The position numbers and the translations under genes were made by a program. A stretch of DNA of 64,000 nt from Erysipelotrichaceae bacterium (GTDB taxonomy: Bacteria; Bacillota_I; Bacilli_A; RFN20; CAG-449): NCBI GenBank assembly GCA_015059095.1, contig SVBA01000006.1:17003-81002 (forward strand). Reading direction: 5' to 3'. Every line of letters starts with the position of its first letter. Positions within the stretch are counted from its first letter, which is position 1. Positions 1 through 9,956 of the stretch are shown in pieces. The notes under the pieces are model-generated. The model saw only the letters and a list, made by a program, of their open reading frames with translations. It was not told the DNA's origin and did no database searches.

Positions 1-994
1 ACAAAATACAATCCATTCAATTGTATCTAGTTACTCTAAAGATATAACAAATGAAGAAGTTGCAGTTGTAGTGATGAAACCTAATTCTGGAAAAGTCATT
101 GGATTAATTGGTGGAGTAAATTATTCTAAAAGTCAATTTAATAGGGCCATCGATTCAAAAAGACAAATAGGATCAACAATTAAGCCACTTATCTATTACT
201 TAGGATTAGAAAAAGGAATGACTCCTACCACTTTATTAACAAGCAAAGAAACCACCTTTCACATCGAAGGATTTGAAGATTACTCGCCAAAAAATGCAGG
301 AGATAAATACGCAAATAGGAAAATAAACATGATAGAAGCTATCGGACTTTCAGATAACATCTATGCAACTAAAACATCAATATATGTAGGTCTAAACAAT
401 CTAATCGCATTATTAAAAAAATTTCAAGTTGATAATATTGTTTCTTCTCCAAGTTTAGCTTTAGGAACAGTTGAAATGTCTCCTTTAGAACTTGCAAGTA
501 TCTACAACACATTCGCTAGTAAAGGAATATACTATACACCCACATTAATAAAACAAGTTAAAGATTCATATTCAACTAGATTATATTCTTCATCAAATAA
601 TGGCAAAAGAATATTGAACGAAACAAACACAATAATCATGAATTATTTACTTCAATCCCCATTTGATAAAGCGTTAGGAAGTTATGCTAATCCAAGTTTA
701 GTAAATTATCAAACAAAAGCAAGATTTTCGGCAAAAACCGGAACTACTGACTCTTCTTCTTGGGTTGTAGGTTTTAATCCTAAATATACAATTTGTGTAT
801 ATGTAGGAACTGATGATAATGAAAGTTTAAAAAACACAAATATATCAAAAAATATATTTTTAGAAATTGCGAATTCTCTATGTCCAAAAATTGATACTGA
901 TTTTTTTAATATACCTAATTCGTGTGAATCATTTACTTTAAATAATAAAATTAATAATTTATCAACCCTAGATTATATTAAAAAAAGAAAATAA
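1..994 (+). CDS. Class A penicillin-binding protein, C-terminal transpeptidase region. The frame is open back to window position 2, so the gene is 5'-truncated by the window edge.
   Basis: The reading frame continues without a stop from nt 2 into the listed ORF. The transpeptidase motifs are present: STIKP (SxxK), SDN (SxN) and KTGTT (KTG). It stops with TAA at 992-994. Confidence 0.8.
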   Translation, partial: QNTIHSIVSSYSKDITNEEVAVVVMKPNSGKVIGLIGGVNYSKSQFNRAIDSKRQIGSTIKPLIYYLGLEKGMTPTTLLTSKETTFHIEGFEDYSPKNAGDKYANRKINMIEAIGLSDNIYATKTSIYVGLNNLIALLKKFQVDNIVSSPSLALGTVEMSPLELASIYNTFASKGIYYTPTLIKQVKDSYSTRLYSSSNNGKRILNETNTIIMNYLLQSPFDKALGSYANPSLVNYQTKARFSAKTGTTDSSSWVVGFNPKYTICVYVGTDDNESLKNTNISKNIFLEIANSLCPKIDTDFFNIPNSCESFTLNNKINNLSTLDYIKKRK

Positions 995-1016
995 CCAGAG
1001 ATCTGGTTATTTTTTT
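993..1016. terminator. Bidirectional rho-independent terminator between the convergent PBP gene and gltX
   Basis: The hairpin AACCAGAGATCTGGTT is followed by ATTTTTTT on the plus strand, and there is an A-run upstream. It overlaps the gltX stop codon. Confidence 0.5.
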
Positions 1017-2449
1017 AATCTATTAACTACTTCTTCTTTACCAAGAATTTTAATTATATTAACAAGTTCAATACCATGACTGACACCTGTTAATTTTAAT
1101 CTAATAGGCATAAATAAATTTTTACCTTTTACTCCTGTAGAAGATGCAACATTTTTAAAAGCTTGCTTAATAGTTTCAGGAGTAACTTCTTCAATTGATT
1201 CTAATTCTTTAACAAATGCTTCAAATGCAATTGGTGTAGAATCTAAGTTTAACATTGCTAAATCATTTTCATCTGTAACTTCTTTAGGATTTAAAATCGA
1301 ATTTAATGGTTCAATAATTTCTGCTCCATAAGTAATTTCTTCTTTATATAAATTTGCAATTTCTAATAATGTTTGATCATCATATTTGGATAAATCCATA
1401 ACTTTACCCATTTGAGGTCTAATGAATTCTAAATATTCTTCGTCTGTTAATTTATTGATATATTGACCATTAGTCCAATTCATCTTTTGTTGATCAAACA
1501 TAGAAGGTGAAGTAGAAAGTCTTGAAGGATCAAATTCTTTTTTAGCTTCTTCCATTGAGAAGATTTCTTGATTAGTTTCTGGAGTCCATCCTAATAATAA
1601 AATATAGTTAACGATAGCTTCTGGTAAATATCCTAATTCTCTATATTGAGACATAAATTGCAAGATATTATTATCACGTTTTGATAATTTCTTACCATTT
1701 TTATTGATGATAATTGTCATATGACCAAATGTAGGAGCATCCCATCCTAACATTTGATAAATTGCTAATTGTTTTGGAGTATTGGATAAATGTTCTTCAC
1801 CTCTTAAAACATGAGTAATATTCATCAAATGATCATCAACAACAACTGCAAAATTATAAGTAGGAATTCCATTAGACTTCATAATAACAAAATCTCCACC
1901 TAAATCGTCACTAGTAAATGATACTGGTCCTCTAACTAAATCATTAAATTCTAATTTTTGATGGTCTTTTAATTTAATTCTAATACAAGGTTTTCTACCT
2001 TCTTTAATATAAGCTTCTTCTTGCTCTTTAGATAAATTTAAACATTTACGATCATATTTAGTTGCTCTTACACCATTATTTAATTGTTCTTCTTTTCTCA
2101 TTTCTAATTCTTCAGAAGTGCAATAACAATAATAAGCATGTCCTTCATCAACTAACTTTTGAGCATACTTTCTATAAATATCTAATCTTTCCATTTGTCT
2201 GTATGGACCATATTCTTTTGGTTCATAAGGTGATTCATCTGGAATAATTCCTAACCATCTTAAATCGTTATATTGAGATTGTTCTCCACCTTCAACATTT
2301 CTTTCAATATCAGTATCTTCAACTCTAAAAATAATGTCGCCATTATACTTTTTGGCAAACAAATAATTAAATAAAGCACTTCTTGCCCCACCAATATGTA
2401 AAAAACCTGTTGGCGAAGGCGCATATCTAACTCTTACTTTCTTTTCCAT
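1007..2449 (-). CDS. gltX: Glutamyl-tRNA synthetase
   Basis: The N-terminus reads RVRYAPSPTGFLHIGGARSALFNY with a HIGH-type motif HIGG. A KMSKS-type KLSKR motif is present. The product is 480 aa, typical of class I GluRS. Confidence 0.95.
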   Translation of the reverse strand: MEKKVRVRYAPSPTGFLHIGGARSALFNYLFAKKYNGDIIFRVEDTDIERNVEGGEQSQYNDLRWLGIIPDESPYEPKEYGPYRQMERLDIYRKYAQKLVDEGHAYYCYCTSEELEMRKEEQLNNGVRATKYDRKCLNLSKEQEEAYIKEGRKPCIRIKLKDHQKLEFNDLVRGPVSFTSDDLGGDFVIMKSNGIPTYNFAVVVDDHLMNITHVLRGEEHLSNTPKQLAIYQMLGWDAPTFGHMTIIINKNGKKLSKRDNNILQFMSQYRELGYLPEAIVNYILLLGWTPETNQEIFSMEEAKKEFDPSRLSTSPSMFDQQKMNWTNGQYINKLTDEEYLEFIRPQMGKVMDLSKYDDQTLLEIANLYKEEITYGAEIIEPLNSILNPKEVTDENDLAMLNLDSTPIAFEAFVKELESIEEVTPETIKQAFKNVASSTGVKGKNLFMPIRLKLTGVSHGIELVNIIKILGKEEVVNRLKK

Positions 2450-2451
2450 AC

Positions 2452-2934
2452 TTATTCTCCTTTAACTAATAGAACTATAGAAGTTGCTTCAACCGCATCT
2501 CCTTTACCAAGTTCTCCTATTTTTTCATTAGTTCCAGCCTTAACTGAAACTCTAGAAATATCTATTTCTAATAGTTTTGCAATATTTTCTCTCATCTTTA
2601 AAATATAAGGTTTTAATTTAGGTGTCTCTAAAGTAATAGAAGTATCAATATTACTAATTCTATAACCTTTTTCTTTTACTAATTCCATAGTCTTCTTTAT
2701 TAATAAAGAAGAATCAATGTCTTTATACTTTAAATCATCATCTGGAAAATGATGCCCTAAATCTCCTAAAGCAAGACCACCAAGTAAAGATTCACAAACC
2801 GCATGATAAAGGCAATCACCATCACTATGAGAGACCGGACCTTTTGAAGAAGGAATAATTACTCCTCCTAAAACAAAATTTCTACCATTATTTTCTAATC
2901 GATGAATATCTCTAGCTTGACCTATTCTAAACAT
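2452..2934 (-). CDS. ispF: 2-C-methyl-D-erythritol 2,4-cyclodiphosphate synthase (MEP pathway)
   Basis: It is 160 aa and contains the IspF-like segments GHSDGD and HAVCESLLGALALGD. It lies 2 nt from gltX. Confidence 0.9.
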   Translation of the reverse strand: MFRIGQARDIHRLENNGRNFVLGGVIIPSSKGPVSHSDGDCLYHAVCESLLGGLALGDLGHHFPDDDLKYKDIDSSLLIKKTMELVKEKGYRISNIDTSITLETPKLKPYILKMRENIAKLLEIDISRVSVKAGTNEKIGELGKGDAVEATSIVLLVKGE

Positions 2935-2942
2935 ATTTTCTC

Positions 2943-4046
2943 CTAAACATTAAATCTGAATAGTAAGCAATCGCCATCTTTAACTTTATATGCTTTACCT
3001 TCAGTTCTAATTTTTCCATTTTCTTTTAACACTTTTTCAGTCTTTAGTTCTTCAATATCTTCATATGCATAAACTTCTGCACAGATAAATCCTCTTTCAA
3101 AATCTGTATGAATTGTACCTGCACATTGAGGCGCTGACATACCAAGAGTAAAGTTCCATGCTCTAACTTCATCTGCTCCTACTGTAAAGAATGTAGATAG
3201 ATTCAATAACTTATAAGTAATCTTAACTAGTCTATCTAATCCAGTAGCAGTGACTCCTAATGCATTTAAATATTCCGTTTTTTCTTCTAAAGGCAATTGA
3301 GATAATTCTTCCTCAATATTCGCGCAAATTGCTATTACTTCACTACCTTCACTTTGAGCGTATTCTTTAACTTGCTGATAATAAGATGAAGCATCTGGAT
3401 CAGCATAATCATCTTCTGTAACATTCGCAACATAAACAACTGGTTTCATAGTTAACAAATTAAATGAACTGATTAATGATAATTCATCAGAATTAAATTC
3501 TAAACTTCTCGCAGGTTTTTCATTAACTAATACTTCTTTAATTTTTGTTAAAACATTGCATTCTGCTACTGAATCTTTGTCTTTTGCAGTTCTTGCTTTT
3601 GTTTCAACTTTAGCTAATCTTTTTTCAACAATTTCTAAATCTGAAAGAATTAATTCTAAGTTAATTGTTTCAATATCTCTACGAGGGTCAACAGTATTAT
3701 CAACATGAATAATATCAGGGTTATCAAAGCATCTAACAACATGACAAATCGCATCACAATTTCTAATATTACCTAAGAACTGGTTACCTAATCCTTCACC
3801 TTTTGACGCACCTTTAACTAAACCAGCAATATCTGTAAATTCGCAAGTTGCCTTTACAGTTCTTTTAGGTTGAAATAACGAAACTAAAACATCAACTCTA
3901 GGATCATTAACTTCTACAATACCAGAATTTGGTTTAATAGTTGCAAATGGATAATTAGCAGCCTCTACATTTGAATTTGTAATTGCGTTAAACAAAGTAG
4001 ATTTACCTACGTTTGGTAATCCAACAATTCCTGCTTTTAATGCCAT
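2943..4046 (-). CDS. ychF: Ribosome-binding ATPase YchF/Ola1
   Basis: It has the P-loop GLPNVGKSTLFNA and a C-terminal TGS-like domain. The likely start is the ATG at 4046, preceded by GGAGG. The ORF track begins 15 nt upstream at a TTG codon. Confidence 0.9.
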   Translation of the reverse strand: MALKAGIVGLPNVGKSTLFNAITNSNVEAANYPFATIKPNSGIVEVNDPRVDVLVSLFQPKRTVKATCEFTDIAGLVKGASKGEGLGNQFLGNIRNCDAICHVVRCFDNPDIIHVDNTVDPRRDIETINLELILSDLEIVEKRLAKVETKARTAKDKDSVAECNVLTKIKEVLVNEKPARSLEFNSDELSLISSFNLLTMKPVVYVANVTEDDYADPDASSYYQQVKEYAQSEGSEVIAICANIEEELSQLPLEEKTEYLNALGVTATGLDRLVKITYKLLNLSTFFTVGADEVRAWNFTLGMSAPQCAGTIHTDFERGFICAEVYAYEDIEELKTEKVLKENGKIRTEGKAYKVKDGDCLLFRFNV

Positions 4047-4149
4047 AAATAATACCTCCAATATCTATAAATACTTAAAAATCAAAAGATTTTTATAAAT
4101 CTCGCCTATTAACAATAACACAAACTTTAAATTAAATATATAAATTTAT

Positions 4150-6900
4150 TTAATTTTCCTGAAGTTGTTGTAAAGGAGATTCTTTTAAAGTACTTCTAGT
4201 TGAAAAATAACTACTTATATCACCTATAATTAATGCAATAACATTAATTAAAAAAATAGAAAATCCTGATTTTAAATTATAAGGAACTTTTATTCCTAAC
4301 ATTCCAGTATTTAGCATTTCCATAATTAAAACTAAAGCAACCGAACTTAAAAAAGAAGAATATAAGCTTAATAAAGTCCCAAATAATTTAAATTGTTTTT
4401 CTATACTCTTTCTTTGATATCCATAAAATGTATAAATACCAATTTCTTTTTTTGTATCTATAACAAAAAGGTAAGATGAAATAATCACCATTAGTAAAGA
4501 AGAAATTAAACAAAAAGAAGAAAAAATGCCTAAACCTAAATTAATATAAGAAATCGTCTCATCAATTTTTCTTTTATAATCCAAAAACGGATTTTCAAAA
4601 AGATATTTCGGATATTTATTATTTAACATTTCCATATATCCTTCTATATCATCTCCAATATATTCAAATACCGCCTTTTCAACAAAATAATCTTTATATC
4701 TCCTCTCTAAAATTATTTCTAAAAAACAGTTGCACCAAAATGGAGGAACATACAAATATTCGTTTTCATCTTCGATTACTCCAGTAATATTTATATTCTC
4801 AATCACAAAATCATTTTTATATTTTCCATTCGCATATTCTATTTCTTTTAATGTTAAGAAATATACTTGTTTTTCGCTAAAAGCCTCATTATTTTCATAT
4901 AAATTCATTCTCTTAAGGAGGCCAGAAGAAAATATAACATCATTATACCTTAATGGATATTTCCCTTTGATTTTTTCACTTTCATTAATATAGGTTTTAA
5001 CAGAAACAAAATTACTTTTTGAAGAATCTAAAATATTCAAAGATAATAATTTATCATTTGTCGAATTTAATATTGTTGATTGATATTCTCCTAAATTAGA
5101 TGAACTATAAGAATTATAATCAATGTATTCTTCTAATAATTTATATTCATTAGATATGTAAGTCGGATAAGAAAATCCCTGAAGTAACGCATTAGGAATA
5201 ACATTATATCCCTTAGAAGAACAAGCATTATAACTTATCAATTGTTCATCAAGCATGTTATCCAATGAAGATTTTGTAAATCCTTTATCATGTCGATACA
5301 AAAAATATACATTTATTTTATCTTTATCTTTAAAAATTCCATATTGATAATCATCCATATTTTTATCACTTAAATAACTATATATAAAATTCATTTCCTT
5401 ATTATTTTTGATGGAAAAATAATGAACCTTTTTAGTAGTCCAAGGAATTTCGTCAATAACATCTAAAGAATAAGAATATAATAGTTGTAAAACCTCTTCA
5501 ATAATATACTCGTTCCATAAAGAGTTAGTATGATAAATTATAGGTTCAGAAGAAACATAATATCCTTTTACTTTTAGAGGAACACAAATTTCATATTGCC
5601 AATCATCATTCCTTAAATTGATACTCATTTCTAGATAATTATCTTTAAAGTATTCTAATAATGACATTTCATTTATATATTCAATATTTAACAAATTACA
5701 AAATGTATATACTTGATTGATTGTTAACCCTAATACTATTTCATCCTCTTGTAAATCATAATTATATGTATATATAAATTCATCTTCTTCTGAAAAGTAT
5801 TTAAACTCATTTATCTTATTAATATCATAGTTCTTTAAATTTATATATTTATTATTAACATTGAGAGTAAAATATTCTTCATCTTTAAAAAATAAAGAAA
5901 AATCATTCATATATTTAACTCCTTCAAACTCAAAATATTGATGATATCTTTTCTTTATATAGGAAATATCTATTTTTGATAATGATTCATTCTTATTCAA
6001 TAAAGCAATATTCTCTTTTTTACTTACAACTATTTGATGATCATTAATACTACTATTTAATGAGCTTGTAATTGAATCAGATAAAGAAGAAGTTAATAAC
6101 ATACTAAACCCAAAAGAAATGAGTGCAATCATCATACACATCGAACATAATAATGTTCTTCCACTTTTTTCTTTAATATGATTAAATACATGTTTAGCTA
6201 AAAATTTGTTTGTTAGTTTATTATTTTTTCTATTTTTACATTCATTTATTTTTTCGTTTTCATTTAGAATAGTCAATTCTTTATTTTCCAAACAATAAAT
6301 ATTATTCGCATATCTTTTAATAAAACTTACATCATGAGTTACTAAAATAATGATCTTTCTTCTACTTAATTTTACTAACCTATCCATCACTAAAATTTTA
6401 TTTTCTTCATCTAATCCTACCGTTATTTCATCACACAATAATAAAGGTGCATCTTTTAATAAACTAATTAAGATACTTAATCTTTTTCTTTCGCCTCCTG
6501 AAAGTAAAGAAACTTTTTTATTAATCTTCATATTTAAATTCAATCTTTTCATTTCTTTAACTAGCTCTTCTTTTTTAATTTTTTTAGAAAGGGCAATCTC
6601 AACATTTACTAATATTGATTCGTTTTCTAAAAATTTAGGATTTTGATAAATATATCCAATTTGATTAAATCTAATTAATTCTTTTTCTTTATTACTCAAC
6701 TCTTTAATATCTTTATTGAAAAACAGATATTCACCTTCAAAATCATTATCCATTAAACCTAAAATATTGATAAGCGTTGATTTTCCACATCCAGATTGAC
6801 CTACTATTACATATATCCCAGGACTACTAATACTTATATTGACGTCTTCTAATACATCATTATTTATAAATCCTTTTCTTAAATTTTTTATTTTTATCAT
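4150..6900 (-). CDS. Fused ABC transporter: ATP-binding domain plus FtsX/MacB-type permease with a large extracytoplasmic domain
   Basis: The N-terminus carries Walker A GQSGCGKST, the signature LSGGERKRL and Walker B LLLCDE. A TM helix follows, then a domain of about 500 aa, then a C-terminal helix bundle typical of FtsX-like permeases. Confidence 0.75.
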   Translation of the reverse strand: MIKIKNLRKGFINNDVLEDVNISISSPGIYVIVGQSGCGKSTLINILGLMDNDFEGEYLFFNKDIKELSNKEKELIRFNQIGYIYQNPKFLENESILVNVEIALSKKIKKEELVKEMKRLNLNMKINKKVSLLSGGERKRLSILISLLKDAPLLLCDEITVGLDEENKILVMDRLVKLSRRKIIILVTHDVSFIKRYANNIYCLENKELTILNENEKINECKNRKNNKLTNKFLAKHVFNHIKEKSGRTLLCSMCMMIALISFGFSMLLTSSLSDSITSSLNSSINDHQIVVSKKENIALLNKNESLSKIDISYIKKRYHQYFEFEGVKYMNDFSLFFKDEEYFTLNVNNKYINLKNYDINKINEFKYFSEEDEFIYTYNYDLQEDEIVLGLTINQVYTFCNLLNIEYINEMSLLEYFKDNYLEMSINLRNDDWQYEICVPLKVKGYYVSSEPIIYHTNSLWNEYIIEEVLQLLYSYSLDVIDEIPWTTKKVHYFSIKNNKEMNFIYSYLSDKNMDDYQYGIFKDKDKINVYFLYRHDKGFTKSSLDNMLDEQLISYNACSSKGYNVIPNALLQGFSYPTYISNEYKLLEEYIDYNSYSSSNLGEYQSTILNSTNDKLLSLNILDSSKSNFVSVKTYINESEKIKGKYPLRYNDVIFSSGLLKRMNLYENNEAFSEKQVYFLTLKEIEYANGKYKNDFVIENINITGVIEDENEYLYVPPFWCNCFLEIILERRYKDYFVEKAVFEYIGDDIEGYMEMLNNKYPKYLFENPFLDYKRKIDETISYINLGLGIFSSFCLISSLLMVIISSYLFVIDTKKEIGIYTFYGYQRKSIEKQFKLFGTLLSLYSSFLSSVALVLIMEMLNTGMLGIKVPYNLKSGFSIFLINVIALIIGDISSYFSTRSTLKESPLQQLQEN

Positions 6901-6901
6901 A

Positions 6902-8890
6902 CTAATCCTCCTTTAAAATCGAAGAAACATTCAATTTAACAATTTTTCTACTAACTAAAAAAGAAAGAAAAATACTAATAAGCAAACTAATAAAAATTAT
7001 AAATATTATTCCTTGAAATAATATACTTTCACTTAATACTTCAATTCCTACTAGAGACAATAAATAACTATTAATAATTTTAATTGAAGAAAAATAAAGG
7101 ACTATACTAATAAAAATTGACAATAAAGAAATTAAAATACTTTGAAACATGAAAATATAACTAACGTCTTCTTTTAATATTCCAATTCCTAACATAATAC
7201 CTATGTCTTTTTTAAAATCTAATACATATGAAAATAAAACTAATGTCAATAATGCGACACTAATTATTAGAGTAATAGAAACAAAAATATCCAAAACAGT
7301 ACTAATTGAAGAATATATTCCTTCAAACAACTTTATCTTTTCAATACTTGAAGAATAAGCTTTAAATTGAATCTCATCCATAAAATAAGCATTAACTTCT
7401 CTATAAACATAATTAACTTTTTTTAAATCTACTTGTACTATTAATTTATTAGAAGCAAATGCATCATCTATTCCTTTAATTGTTGATAATCGATCAAATA
7501 AAGTTACAGGAGCTTCTAAATAAGAAGACAAATTATCCAAATTGATATCTTTGGATATTTTTAACAAATATTCATAAGGATAATAAATTTTTGGCGTCTC
7601 TAACATATCAAATTCTTCTACTTGACCTACTATAATAAAAGTCATATCTATAAAATAAGTATCACTAATTATTTCATTATTTGACAATTTTAAATCAATC
7701 ACCTTTTCTAAATTTATATTGAATCTATTATTAGAAAAATACTTACTCGCTGCTTTATTAACTACAACCTCTTTTTCATAAGAAGGGAATCTACCTTGTA
7801 TTTTATTTTTAAATCTATTTTCTTCTCTTTTAAAATAAGGAACCCATTCAATATTAGAGAAAAAATACTCACTATTAACAGGATGATTAATTAAAGGGTA
7901 AGAAGAAAAAATAGGAGTTAAATCATATAAATAACTATCTATATTAATAAGATGGTCGATGCTTATTTTATCACTATTTGTAAGTTGTTCTTCTTTTACT
8001 AAAGTTAAAGAAGAATTCTCAATCTTATTAGTCTTTTCCTTACTTATTTTTAATAAAGTATAATCTAAATAATTAGTTTTATTGTCATTAATTAAATTAT
8101 TAATATTAATACTCGCACTATAAGACAATAATAAAAAAGTCAAAGATATACTTAACGCAATAACACTAATTAATATTTTTATCTTACTTTTAAATAATGT
8201 TTTAATTGCTATTTTGATCGTATTTACTAATGATAAACGTTTTAGTTTTTCGCTAAAAAGTGCATTATTTTCTTTTGATTCTTTCAAACTTGAAATTTCG
8301 CCATTTTTCAAAGAAATAAGAATTGGTTTATATTTCTTTACTAACTCTAGATTATGAGTCACCATAATAACTAAGTATGATTTAGATAACTCTTTAATTA
8401 TATCCATGATTTTATAAGCATTATCTTTATCTAATGAACCAGTAGGCTCATCTAGTAAAAGAATTTTACTATTCCCACATATTCCTCTAGCAATTCCTAC
8501 TCTTTGAATTTCCCCTCCTGACAACACATTTATTTTAGTATTAACAAATGAATTGACATTTACTTTTTCTAAATCCAAATCATTTTTACCTTTTATATAA
8601 ATATTATCTTTTACATTTAAAAAAGAAATTAAATTAGAATTTTGATAAACCATAGATACATATTTGTTTCTGAATTTATCAAAATTTCTTATTCTCTTAT
8701 TTTGAAAATAGATCTTTCCTTTATCCATTTTTTCAATCCCACTTATGCAATTTAAAAATGTCGATTTTCCTCCTCCTGATTCTCCAATTAAACAATATAA
8801 ACCTTTTGAAGAAAATGAAATTGATATATCATTTAATACTAATTGGTTTTTATATTTTTTAGTTAAATTTTTAACTTCTAAAAATGCCAT
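6902..8890 (-). CDS. Fused ABC transporter: ATP-binding domain plus FtsX/MacB-type permease (second subunit)
   Basis: It carries Walker A GESGGGKST, the signature LSGGEIQRV and Walker B LLLDEPTGSLD. The C-terminus is hydrophobic and FtsX-like. It abuts the previous ABC gene, which suggests a heteromeric pair. Confidence 0.75.
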   Translation of the reverse strand: MAFLEVKNLTKKYKNQLVLNDISISFSSKGLYCLIGESGGGKSTFLNCISGIEKMDKGKIYFQNKRIRNFDKFRNKYVSMVYQNSNLISFLNVKDNIYIKGKNDLDLEKVNVNSFVNTKINVLSGGEIQRVGIARGICGNSKILLLDEPTGSLDKDNAYKIMDIIKELSKSYLVIMVTHNLELVKKYKPILISLKNGEISSLKESKENNALFSEKLKRLSLVNTIKIAIKTLFKSKIKILISVIALSISLTFLLLSYSASININNLINDNKTNYLDYTLLKISKEKTNKIENSSLTLVKEEQLTNSDKISIDHLINIDSYLYDLTPIFSSYPLINHPVNSEYFFSNIEWVPYFKREENRFKNKIQGRFPSYEKEVVVNKAASKYFSNNRFNINLEKVIDLKLSNNEIISDTYFIDMTFIIVGQVEEFDMLETPKIYYPYEYLLKISKDINLDNLSSYLEAPVTLFDRLSTIKGIDDAFASNKLIVQVDLKKVNYVYREVNAYFMDEIQFKAYSSSIEKIKLFEGIYSSISTVLDIFVSITLIISVALLTLVLFSYVLDFKKDIGIMLGIGILKEDVSYIFMFQSILISLLSIFISIVLYFSSIKIINSYLLSLVGIEVLSESILFQGIIFIIFISLLISIFLSFLVSRKIVKLNVSSILKED

Positions 8891-8940
8891 AAAAAAATCC
8901 TCCTATATATTTATTAGGAAGATTTTTACTTTTTACCTAG

Positions 8941-9132
8941 TTAAGAAATAACTTTTTTTGCTTTTTTATTAAAATCGTTTCTTGGAAGCATAATTACATT
9001 GCCACATCCACAACATTTAATTTTAATATCTGCGCCTAGTCTCACTATTTCAAATAATTTTGATTTAGTTGAGCAAGGATGAGGTTTTCTCATTTCAACA
9101 ATATCATTTAATTTATAATCTTTAGATTCCAT
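8941..9132 (-). CDS. Small DUF951-family protein
   Basis: It is 63 aa and contains LNDIVEMRKPHPC...IKCCGCGNVIMLPR. This resembles the conserved Firmicute DUF951 proteins, which have a CxC...CxxC pattern. Confidence 0.55.
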   Translation of the reverse strand: MESKDYKLNDIVEMRKPHPCSTKSKLFEIVRLGADIKIKCCGCGNVIMLPRNDFNKKAKKVIS

Positions 9133-9953
9133 TATTTATTTCTCCTTAAATAACATCTATACACATTATCCATAATTAACGTAGAAGTTAATATCCCTAC
9201 TCCTCCAGGAACTTTAGATATTGCTTTTAATTTTTCATTAGGAAGAACATCACCAACAATACCATCTTCTAAATAATGAATTCCTGCATCAATAACAATC
9301 GCGCCTTCCTTACATTTAGAAGAATCAATAATATGAGGTCTACCAACTGCTGCTACAACAATATCTGCTCTTGATAATTTAGCATCTAAATCAAGAGTTC
9401 TAGTATGTGCAATTGTCACAGTTGCATGTTCATTTAGTAACATAATTGCAACAGGCTTACCTACTGAAATAGATCTACCTACAACTAAAATATCTTTTCC
9501 TTTAATTTCGATATTATATCCTTTTAATAATTCTAAAATAGCTCTAGGAGTAGCAGGTTTAATCGCTTCTTCTTTATTAATAAATAATTCACCTAAAGAT
9601 AAGGCATTCATTCCATCAACATCTTTTAAAGGATCTAATAAAGAGATAATTTCTTCTTCATTCGCTCCTTTAAATAATGGTCTAGTAATTAAACATCCAT
9701 CAATTAAACAATCTTCATTTATTCTTTTAATTTCTTTTTCATATGCTTCTTTAGAAGGTTCCATTTCAATTAGTTCATAATCAATTCCTAGAGTAGAAGC
9801 TAATTTACCTTGAGATCTAGAATAACCAATACTAGAAGCATCTTCTTTATTAACCAAACAAACTAATTTTAATTTACGATCTAATTTAGATAAATTCCCT
9901 TTTAATTCTTCTCTTATTTTATTAGATATTTCTTTTCCAATTAATAGTTCCAT
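9132..9953 (-). CDS. folD: Bifunctional methylenetetrahydrofolate dehydrogenase/cyclohydrolase
   Basis: It is 273 aa. It has the NAD(P)-binding segment VVGRSISVGKP and a C-terminal PGGVG motif. Confidence 0.9.
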   Translation of the reverse strand: MELLIGKEISNKIREELKGNLSKLDRKLKLVCLVNKEDASSIGYSRSQGKLASTLGIDYELIEMEPSKEAYEKEIKRINEDCLIDGCLITRPLFKGANEEEIISLLDPLKDVDGMNALSLGELFINKEEAIKPATPRAILELLKGYNIEIKGKDILVVGRSISVGKPVAIMLLNEHATVTIAHTRTLDLDAKLSRADIVVAAVGRPHIIDSSKCKEGAIVIDAGIHYLEDGIVGDVLPNEKLKAISKVPGGVGILTSTLIMDNVYRCYLRRNK

Positions 9954-9956
9954 AAA

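Noticed and set aside
2062-2247. Short antisense ORFs inside gltX, the ABC genes, the lipoprotein gene, rny, cinA, the Cys-rich gene, dnaD, MORN, rdgB, polC, dxr, frr, tsf, rpsB, topA, dprA, lepB and rplS (track entries 2062, 4730, 6350, 8745, 15975, 20637, 23233, 25287, 30285, 33762, 35630, 38911, 41654, 47273, 47702, 49153, 50949, 51619, 55451, 56975, 59578, 61366, 61692)
   Set aside because: Each lies on the opposite strand wholly inside a well-supported gene. They lack RBSs and have low-complexity translations typical of AT-rich antisense frames.
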